In this document: positions 9,269-17,249 of the stretch, piece after piece
Position numbering within the stretch: the first letter of the stretch is position 1
How the letters are laid out: every line of letters starts with the position of its first letter
Assembly: GCA_044226625.1 (NCBI GenBank)
Contig: JBGAGQ010000057.1
Location: 1-38,763 of the forward strand
Source of the DNA: Thermoanaerobaculia bacterium
GTDB taxonomy: Bacteria > Acidobacteriota > Thermoanaerobaculia > Multivoradales > UBA5704
Length of the DNA stretch: 38,763 nucleotides
Direction: 5' to 3'
Translations under genes and position numbers: made by a program
Notes under the pieces: model-generated
Told to the model about the DNA's origin: nothing
What the model saw: only the letters and a program-made list of their open reading frames with translations
The model's database searches: none

Positions 9269-10822
9269 CTTGCCCGGCTCGCCGGAGAGCTCGATCGCAT
9301 CATCGAGCCACTCGACGATCGCGCCGGGCGGGATCGTGAGCCGGCCGCTCTCGGGTGCCGAGACGGTCACCTGGGCGCCGGCGACCGAGACGATCGAGAA
9401 CGTCTGCGAACCGTTCTGCCGCGACCACTTGAAGGTCGCGACCGGCCGGTCGCCGGTGGCGTTCGGTTCGATCGGCAGGCCGCCGTCGTGGATCTCGATC
9501 CGGTAGAGCAGGTTGCCGAGCATCGTCGGAGGCGGAAGCGTGCGCCGGGCGGCGAGCGTTCCGCGCGGGGACCGGGCCGCGGCGAGAAACGTGTCCCAGG
9601 TCTCCTTGGCTCCGCGCTCGCCGTCCACCGGCAGGAGGCGCACTTGCGCCACCGTTCGCGAACGGGCGGTCGTGGTCGGGCCGCCAAGTGCGACCTCGGC
9701 GATCTCCGGATCCTGGATCGCGGTGATGAAGCGCTCCCAGAGGTCGAGATAGGCGAGGTGCACGCCCCCCTCGGGGAGGACGAGCCCCGGCGCCTCCGGT
9801 TGTGCCGTGAAACGCGTGGGCTCGAAGTTTTCGCAAGGAACACCGTGGACATAGAAGCGGCCCGGGCCGATCCCGAGGTCCTGCACCGTCCACTCCGGCC
9901 GGCTTGCGCCCGCCCCGAGGACGCCGTGCGCGCCGCTGGCCGACCGATCGGTGACGGCGTCCCCGTCGGCGTCGGAGACGTCGAGCGGCCACCAGGCCGC
10001 GAGGTCCGTTGGCGGGAGTGCGACCCGCGCGGCAGCGGCCGCCAGCTCGCGCGCTGACAGCGGCCGGTGCCACCAGCGCACGTCGTGGATGCGTCCTGCG
10101 AACGGCATGTGAGGCCGGCGCCCTTCGAGCGCCGCGCCGATCAGGAAGACCGCCGGCAGGTCGGCGAGCGCGCGCCCGACCGGGAGCTGCGCCGCGAGGC
10201 GACCGTCGACCCAGATCGAGGTCGATCGGGTAGCCGAGGTGACCGCGACGTGCTGCGTGCGGTTGGTCGCGAGCGGCCGGTCGGCGGCGATCTCGATCGC
10301 CTGCACCCCGCTGCGACGGAACGCGAGCTTCCCCTCGGCATCGAGAAAAAGGATCGCGACGTCGCTCGCGGCTGCGGCTCCTGCCGTCTGCCCCTGCGCC
10401 GCCTGCGCGAACCGGCCGAGGATCGCGCCGCCGCCCGCGGCGGGGCGGATCCAGGCCTCCCAAGTGAAGCCCGCCCCCTCGTCCTCGACGCCGCTCGCCG
10501 CCCCAGGGGTCCCGGTGGTTCCCGCCGTCGGGACCGTTCTGGCGCGGGGCGCGGGGGGCGAGGGGACGTAGACGTAGTCGTCGCGCCCATCGAACGACAG
10601 CTCGCCCAACAGAGAGATGGCGAAGCCTGCGTGCTCGAAAGGTGCGCCGCTCGCGCCGATCACGTCGGTGACCGCGAGCTCCCGAGCGCGTCCGGCGAGA
10701 GCCGCCTGCTCGTTCCAGTCGGAGTCGAGCTGCACCCGGCCCTGCTGCATCCAGACCGCGGTGTAACGGCGGCCGGGTTCCGAGAGAAAGCGGGAGAAAT
10801 CGCCGGTGGCACGGCTGCGCAT
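9083..10822 (-). pseudogene. DUF6519-type eCIS protein with inserted LamG domain, apparently truncated at ~9260
   Basis: Starts at ATG 10822 (AAGGAGAG RBS) with 'GDFSR...YTAVWMQQGRVQLDSDWNEQ'; later 'IGPGRFYVHGVPCEN', 'AYLDLWERFIT..QDP...EVALGGP', 'NLLYRIEIH', 'ATFKWSRQNGS'. After 'GEPGKLHQ' the frame runs into the antisense of the VOC gene until a stop at 9083. Confidence 0.75.
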
Positions 10823-10838
10823 CGGGTGGGGCTCTCCT

Positions 10839-13058
10839 TTAGGTGGCGAAGACGATATCGGCTTCGAGCCCCCAGGGGAGGAACTCGGCGGCGATATCGG
10901 GAAGGAGCGCCAGCCGGGAAGGCTGCCGCAGCTGATGGAACACGCCCAGCTCGCCGTAGGGGCCAAGGGCGATCGAGCTCGAACAGGTGGGGGCGAGCTG
11001 CGCGTAGCCCGGCTGCCCGTAGATCCGCGACGTGAACGAGGGGGGCGACGTGTCGCCTCCCGGCTCGGGCAGCGAGGACTCGCGATGGGGTGTGGAAGAA
11101 CCTCCGGGCAGGTAGGAGCGCCGGACCAAGCCGCGGGTCCGCCGCTCGACCAGGACGGGATCGACGAACAGCATTTCCGAGGCGACGGCGAGCTCGATCA
11201 GATGGACGCGACCGAAGATCGTCGAGCGGACCAACCGCGCGGTCGGCCCGGGCGGGTCGACGATCGGGGCGATTCCGAGCGGTCCGGCGATCGCGGAGCC
11301 GGGCCCCGCGGCGTCGACGACCGAATCCTCGATGTCGAGACGGCACCCCTCGGACGGCAGCCGAAGCGAACCGACCAGGCTCGATTGGATCGTGACCTCG
11401 AGGCTCGAGGGGGATTGGCCGGTGAACGAGAGAGCGGTCCGGCGGGTCGGCCGAATCGTCGCGTGCTCGAACAGGAGCGAGGCGATCTCGCCCGACGCTT
11501 CGATCGTGCCGTCGACCCAGAGGCCGTCGATCCCGAGCGCCGCGGAAGGGGCCTGCCCTTGGCCGAGGCTCGCGGGTCCGACCGCTTTGAGGTCTCCGAC
11601 CAGGCAAGGTCGACGGCCGTTCGCGGCGACGATCTCGAGCCGCCGCCCCAGGCCCTGCGGCGTCGCAAGCGCGAGCGAAAACGGCTCCGACCCGAGGTCG
11701 TAGATCTCGTCGCTCGCGATCACGATCCGCCCCGAAGCGGTCGCCGCGTCGTCGTTCCATGCCGACAGCGCCTCGGCGAGCGTGGCGAACGAGGCCCAGT
11801 GGCCGCCGGAGATCGAGTCCGTCGGAGGGACCCCTGTCGCGATCGGCGCGTCGGGGGTGGGGCGTAGGGGAGCTCCCACCTCCGCCCGCCATTCGACCGC
11901 GCGTCGCTCCGCGCTCGGCGGCCGGGCGTACGGGCCGCCGCCGAGGTCCGCGGAGAACCCATAGGCGTACGAGACCTGGACTTTCTCGACCTCGATCCCC
12001 TTCGGGAACGCGATGCGGCCGAGCGCGGGATCGACCGCGACTTGGATCGCGCGCTCGCCGCCGCCCGGCAAGGGCGTCACGTTGGGCGGCGGCGCCCAAG
12101 AGGAGAGGTCGCTGTAGAGCACCGCTTGCGGCGGGATCCGCTGCGCTGCGCCGCGGGTGCCGGCGTAGCGGACGTGGATCTCGACCGCCGGCTCGGGAGA
12201 GAGGAAGCCGAATTCGGCGCCGTTCCTCCGCGAGAGGGCGGCCGCCTCGGCATTCAGCGTGCTCGCCTCCAGCGGGAGCGGGAGGTGCGCTGGAGTCGGC
12301 CGGCCGTCGCGCCGCCGCGGGGGATTGAACAGCGGTGCGTCGATGCCGAACGGATGGAAGGTGTAGGTTCCACCTCCCCTAGGCCGGGCGGCCGCCCGTG
12401 TCATGGGATAGCTCGCGAGCCGCCAGAAGAACAGCCCGATGCGGTCGAGGCCGTAGCGCTCGTCGGCGCTCGAGACCGAGATCGAGAGCGGCGCTGCGGG
12501 TGGTGCTGGTGCCGGCGCAGGCAGAGGCCGAACGCCGCCCGCCGAACCGCTGACCTGGACGTTCCTCTGGATCGTGTCGAAGGGGCCGCCGAATCGAGAG
12601 GCGCCGCCGGTTCCCAGATCGAGGCACCGCAGGTCGACCGTGCCGCCACGATGCGGGTGCGGGTCGAGCATCGACTGGGTGGCCGCGAGCAGAGGGAAGG
12701 AAGGGATCGCGATCGCCGGCCAACCGGTCGCGTCCGAGGCGGCTCCGGCGAGAGCGTCGGGGGTCCCCTTCCGCCGGCGATAGTGGAGCGAACGCCCGAC
12801 GAAGGCACGGGAGGTCCGAGCGCGCGCGAGCGTGCTGCTCTCGATGCCGACCAGGTCGCCGATGTACGGCAGCAGCCACTCGTCGCAGGTTTCGACGAAC
12901 CAGTCGTTATAGAGAGCGGCGATGCTCCGCTCGATCGCCGCGTACTCCTGATCGAAGACGGCGAGGAACGCGCGAAGTCCCTGCCCCGCCTCGGCGTCGG
13001 CGTAGCGCAGGAATTCCGGGAGCAGACCGTAGAGGCGCTCGGGACCGAGGTCGCTCAT
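10839..13058 (-). CDS. eCIS baseplate/tail protein with N-terminal P2 gpI-like domain
   Basis: 'LYGLLPEFLRYAD', 'LYNDWFVETCDEWLLPYIGDLVG', 'YRRRKGT', 'VAVDPALGRIAF', C-terminal 'PSFTSRIYGQPGYAQL...ELGVF'; typical position between baseplate J and DUF6519. Confidence 0.8.
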   Translation of the reverse strand: MSDLGPERLYGLLPEFLRYADAEAGQGLRAFLAVFDQEYAAIERSIAALYNDWFVETCDEWLLPYIGDLVGIESSTLARARTSRAFVGRSLHYRRRKGTPDALAGAASDATGWPAIAIPSFPLLAATQSMLDPHPHRGGTVDLRCLDLGTGGASRFGGPFDTIQRNVQVSGSAGGVRPLPAPAPAPPAAPLSISVSSADERYGLDRIGLFFWRLASYPMTRAAARPRGGGTYTFHPFGIDAPLFNPPRRRDGRPTPAHLPLPLEASTLNAEAAALSRRNGAEFGFLSPEPAVEIHVRYAGTRGAAQRIPPQAVLYSDLSSWAPPPNVTPLPGGGERAIQVAVDPALGRIAFPKGIEVEKVQVSYAYGFSADLGGGPYARPPSAERRAVEWRAEVGAPLRPTPDAPIATGVPPTDSISGGHWASFATLAEALSAWNDDAATASGRIVIASDEIYDLGSEPFSLALATPQGLGRRLEIVAANGRRPCLVGDLKAVGPASLGQGQAPSAALGIDGLWVDGTIEASGEIASLLFEHATIRPTRRTALSFTGQSPSSLEVTIQSSLVGSLRLPSEGCRLDIEDSVVDAAGPGSAIAGPLGIAPIVDPPGPTARLVRSTIFGRVHLIELAVASEMLFVDPVLVERRTRGLVRRSYLPGGSSTPHRESSLPEPGGDTSPPSFTSRIYGQPGYAQLAPTCSSSIALGPYGELGVFHQLRQPSRLALLPDIAAEFLPWGLEADIVFAT

Positions 13059-13088
13059 CGCGTCTCCCTCGACATCAAGTCACGGTCC

Positions 13089-16000
13089 TCATTTCGTTTC
13101 GGGGGCGTCGCCCGGTAGCGTGAGACGGATACCATTCGCGTCGATCAGCACGATCTCGGCCGGGGCGAGCCGGTCGTCGTCCCGATCCCAGTGCGCCGGC
13201 TGGGAGGGGAGGAAGTCGTTGATCCGGGGGGCGCTGCCGGAGAAGTAGAGCGCGTCGAGCTCAACCGATTGGACCCCCGCGACATCCTGAAGGACGGCGA
13301 TCACCTCGGAGCTCGCGACCCCCTGGTGGAACTTCCGGGAGTCGAAGCCGAACGCCGCGAGCAGAGCGGCGCGGAGCGCAGTGCGGAGGTCGTCGGTCGA
13401 AGCGACCTCCGGCGTAACCTGGATCCGCGCGGCGAGCGAGAAGCCGCGCCGGCGATAGGAGACGATCGTGAGCGGGCGGGCGAGATATCGCTGGCCGTGA
13501 ATCGCCGACGAGAGCGCCGAATAAAGCTCGGAATCCGCCGCGACGGGTGCGCCGTCCGCGCCCGCCACCGTGAGAGCGATGAGCCGCGAGCGCCCGGTCC
13601 AGACCACCGCGGTTGCGGCGCGCGCGATTCCGGGGAAGGTGCGGGCGAAGTCGGCGTAGTCGTCGAGCGCCACGATCCGGTCCATGGTGCGCACGGCGAG
13701 CGGCCCCGAGGTGCGAGCTTTGTCCGACGACTCCGCCGGAATCGCCCCGGGCGCATCCTCGGGATTCGACACGTCGCGCAGGCCGAAAGGGCGCGACTGG
13801 AGCAGCCGCAGGGCTCCCGCCGGCTGGTCGGCGGTCCACTGACCGGCGCGGTACCGCGCCGCCACGTTTTCGATCCCAGTCGGCAGGCGGGCGCCGTACG
13901 TGCCGTCGCCGAAGGTCACGGTCGCCGCGCCCGTCTCGTCGACCTCGACCGAATAGACGCGGCTCGCCGGCCCCTGACCGTAGAGCGTCGGCACCTCGCG
14001 CCAGGCCGCGCCGTTGACCAGGACCTCGAGCGTCGACCGGTAGCCGGTCTTCGGATCGGGCACGAAGGTGAGCGGTTTGCCGCGCAGGACGAAACGCTGG
14101 TTGGCGCGGTTGGCGTTGCCGCTGCCGATGATCTCGTTCGGGATCGTTTCGCCCTGGGTCGCGGTGCCGACGTTGGCGTTGATCGTCACGGTAGACGGAT
14201 CGTATAGGTAGCGCAACGACGGGGAGATCCAGACCGAGGCCCGCGGCGCGCCGGCCGTGGGAGTCGACGAGCTCGTAGAGCTCGTCGAGGACATCGAGGT
14301 CGAGTCGGCGGTGTTCGGATCCGGTTCCTCCTCGTCCGTTTCCTCTACCGCCGTCGCGCCCAGGCAAGAGACGGTTTCGGCGATGGTCGGATCGTCGTCT
14401 CCCGCGTTTTGCCAGGACAGCTCCTCCCGCAAGGCGAGCAGGCGACCGCGCACTCCGCTCGCCGTCTCGACGTGCCATGCGATTGCCGGCCGCTGCGCGC
14501 CGCTCGCCCCGTCGGCGCCTTCCACGGCGCTCGGAGCGCGCAGGATCAAAAGGTGGTCCCCCGGACCGACGATCGGCGCGAAGAGGGTGTCGGTCGACAG
14601 CGGGCGCGGCGGTGCGGTCGGGATCAGAACCGCCCGGATGCGCCGTCCTGTGATCGCGAGCAGACGGCCGGAGCGCGGTGCGTCGGCAAACGGGAGCGCG
14701 AGTTTGATCTGCGATCCTTCGAGCGGTTCGAGAATCGGCAGGCGGGCTAGAGGCAGAGCGTTGCTCGCGACGTTCGCCTCGGTGGTGCGCAGGTCGAATT
14801 CGGTGAGCTGGCCGTCGTCGGTGACCTCCAGGCGGGTGACCTGAGCCGTTACGCCGAAATCGTCCCGATTGACGGTCAGGATCCCCTGGATCGGATAGGC
14901 GCCCACCCGTGGCGGCAACGCGGGAAACGGCGTCGGCTGCGGCCGGCTCTGAGACAGCACCGCCCAGCCCTGCGGCGCGAGGTCGGGGACGGTGGTTGAA
15001 AGGTCGATCTGCCCGGAAGACATCCGAAATCCCGGCCACTCGTCGCAGAGGAATCCGTCGAACGGATTCGCCGCCGCGACTCGGCGGCCACCCGCCGCGA
15101 GGGCGCTGATCGGCGGCAATGGCGATCCCGAGCGACCCCCCGGGAGCGTGAGAGGCCGCCAGCTGTCGCCGAGGTCGTCGGAGCGATAGAGCTCGACGCC
15201 CCCCTCGCCGGTCGCGGCATAGAGCAGCGGCGCGAGCGTCGTCTCGTCCACCGCCGCGGCGAGCAGGACCACCGGGGCCGCGGCGCCTAAGGTTCCGGCC
15301 GCGGCGGCGGGGAGGCCCGAGCTCGCCGGGGTGAACCGGTCCCCCCCGTCGCTGGAACGATAGAGCCCGGACTCGGTGGCAGCGAACAGGTAGGTCTGGC
15401 GCGATCGAGGGTCGGTTGCGACGGCCACACCGTTCGCCGCCGCGGGGCCGTTCTTGGTTCGCGGATAGCCCCAGCCAGCGCCGTGCCAACGGAGGCCGGA
15501 GTCCGTCGTGCGGAAGACCCCCTGGTCGGTCGCGGCGTAGACCGTCCCCGGATCCGGACCGACCGAAAACGCGCGCACTGTGACGTCGGCGAGCCCGGTC
15601 GTCGCGTCGACCTGCGGCAGCCCCTGGTTGACCGGCAGCCAGCCGCCGCCGCTCGCCACCGTGCGGTAAACCCCTTGCGTCGTGCCGGCGAACAGAAAGT
15701 TGGCTTCGTCGTCGCCGGTCGCGGCGAGCGCGAGCACCGGTTGGCCGGACAGCCGGGGCTCGGGCCGGACGGTCTGACCGAGCGACGGCAGGACCTTCGC
15801 CACCAGGGCGCGCAGCTTCGCGACGAACGACTTGAGCTTGTCGCCGATCGTCGCGCCGAAACCGACCGAGGGTTTTTTCGCGTCCGTGGTGCGGCGGAGC
15901 GCGAGGGCCGCGGGGGCGAGATAGCTCCAGGTGTCGCCGTCGTCGGTGGAGCGGTACACGCCGGAGGTGGTGCCCGCGAACAGCTGGCCTCGGGCGCCCA

Positions 16001-17249
16001 CGGCGATCGCCTGGATCGGCGTCCGGCCGAGGCCGGAGGTCGGCGCCAGCCACCCGTCGTCGGTCGAACGGAAGAAGCCCTGGACCGTGCCGGCGACCCA
16101 TCTGCCGCTGGAGTCGAGCGCGAGGGTGAGGATCTGTGTCGTTGGAAGTCCCTGGTTGAAACCGACGAAGGCGACGCCCCGGTCGTCGGAGGCCTGGACG
16201 CCGCCGCGGCGCGGACAGACCGTCATCTTGGTCGCGTCGGGCACCTGGTCCCAGGGGATCGCGTTGTAGCCGAAGAGATGCGTCCGCTTGCCGAAGGTGC
16301 AGGCTTGCGGGTCGGCGAACGGCTGGTCGTTCGCGGCCGTGCCGTCGGCCGGAGCCGGCCGCTCGAGTGGCTCCTCCCAGGTGGCGATCGTCACGCCCCG
16401 GGATCCGACCGATCCGCCGGTCGAGCCCGCTGAACCGCCCCCTCCATCGGCAGTCGAGTTCGTGGCGCGAAACCGCTCGACCGCGACCGAGCTGAGAATG
16501 CGGAACAGACGGGTCGCGCCGCCGTCGGCGACGATCAGCAGGCCCGAGCCGGCGCGCAGGCCGGTCCGTGTTCCCTCGAGCGCGATGGAGGTGGCTCCCA
16601 CTCGCAGCTTAGGCTGCGCGGTCCGACCCGCCGCGAGCGGTCGGATCGCGCTCCAGTGCACGAACGTCTGGAGCGGGAGGTCGAGCTCGTAGACCTGGGG
16701 CAGCTGGTTGCCCGTGGGGAGGCTCCGCACCTGGAGCTGGGCGGGGACCAGCACCCCCTCGGGCAGACGCCGCCCGGCGGCGACGGTGAACGCGAGATTC
16801 GCCGTGCCGGCAATCCCGGGCCTCGGGGCATAGCGGATGGTCCGCAGCAGCTGCCAGACCGAAAACGGCTCGACCGCGGTCCGAAGGTAGCCCTCGTTGG
16901 CGATCCGCTCGAGGTAGAAGGTGAGCACGTCGCCCACGACCGCCCAGGCCTCGGTCAGTCCGAGCAGCCAGTCACGTGGCTCGCCGAGATGAAGGTTGTG
17001 GAGAGGCCTCTTGCCGTCGGGCGGCACCGGCTGCAGGCGCAGCCGAGAGAGCATGCCGGAGAGGAACGTCTCGTAGGTGCCCGGCCGGAACCTGAGACTG
17101 GTGGCGTCGGGCGGATTCTCGATCGGCTGCCCCAGGGGCGGGAGCTCGATGGGTTCGCCGGGGGATTCGGCGGGGGTCGTCGTCGGCGCGAGGCGCCTCA
17201 GCTTCGCTCCCACCAGCAGCCGGAGATCGATCGGCGGCCCGGAGGTCAT
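13089..17249 (-). CDS. eCIS baseplate J/gp47-like protein with BNR/Asp-box beta-propeller insertion
   Basis: 'LTEAWAVVGDVLTFYLERIANEGYLRTA', 'VTFGDGTYGARLPTG.ENV.ARYR', 'DRIVALDDYADFARTFPGI'; internal S/T-x-D-x-G-x-x-W/F repeats. Start overlaps the upstream stop (ATGA). Confidence 0.88.
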   Translation of the reverse strand: MTSGPPIDLRLLVGAKLRRLAPTTTPAESPGEPIELPPLGQPIENPPDATSLRFRPGTYETFLSGMLSRLRLQPVPPDGKRPLHNLHLGEPRDWLLGLTEAWAVVGDVLTFYLERIANEGYLRTAVEPFSVWQLLRTIRYAPRPGIAGTANLAFTVAAGRRLPEGVLVPAQLQVRSLPTGNQLPQVYELDLPLQTFVHWSAIRPLAAGRTAQPKLRVGATSIALEGTRTGLRAGSGLLIVADGGATRLFRILSSVAVERFRATNSTADGGGGSAGSTGGSVGSRGVTIATWEEPLERPAPADGTAANDQPFADPQACTFGKRTHLFGYNAIPWDQVPDATKMTVCPRRGGVQASDDRGVAFVGFNQGLPTTQILTLALDSSGRWVAGTVQGFFRSTDDGWLAPTSGLGRTPIQAIAVGARGQLFAGTTSGVYRSTDDGDTWSYLAPAALALRRTTDAKKPSVGFGATIGDKLKSFVAKLRALVAKVLPSLGQTVRPEPRLSGQPVLALAATGDDEANFLFAGTTQGVYRTVASGGGWLPVNQGLPQVDATTGLADVTVRAFSVGPDPGTVYAATDQGVFRTTDSGLRWHGAGWGYPRTKNGPAAANGVAVATDPRSRQTYLFAATESGLYRSSDGGDRFTPASSGLPAAAAGTLGAAAPVVLLAAAVDETTLAPLLYAATGEGGVELYRSDDLGDSWRPLTLPGGRSGSPLPPISALAAGGRRVAAANPFDGFLCDEWPGFRMSSGQIDLSTTVPDLAPQGWAVLSQSRPQPTPFPALPPRVGAYPIQGILTVNRDDFGVTAQVTRLEVTDDGQLTEFDLRTTEANVASNALPLARLPILEPLEGSQIKLALPFADAPRSGRLLAITGRRIRAVLIPTAPPRPLSTDTLFAPIVGPGDHLLILRAPSAVEGADGASGAQRPAIAWHVETASGVRGRLLALREELSWQNAGDDDPTIAETVSCLGATAVEETDEEEPDPNTADSTSMSSTSSTSSSTPTAGAPRASVWISPSLRYLYDPSTVTINANVGTATQGETIPNEIIGSGNANRANQRFVLRGKPLTFVPDPKTGYRSTLEVLVNGAAWREVPTLYGQGPASRVYSVEVDETGAATVTFGDGTYGARLPTGIENVAARYRAGQWTADQPAGALRLLQSRPFGLRDVSNPEDAPGAIPAESSDKARTSGPLAVRTMDRIVALDDYADFARTFPGIARAATAVVWTGRSRLIALTVAGADGAPVAADSELYSALSSAIHGQRYLARPLTIVSYRRRGFSLAARIQVTPEVASTDDLRTALRAALLAAFGFDSRKFHQGVASSEVIAVLQDVAGVQSVELDALYFSGSAPRINDFLPSQPAHWDRDDDRLAPAEIVLIDANGIRLTLPGDAPETK

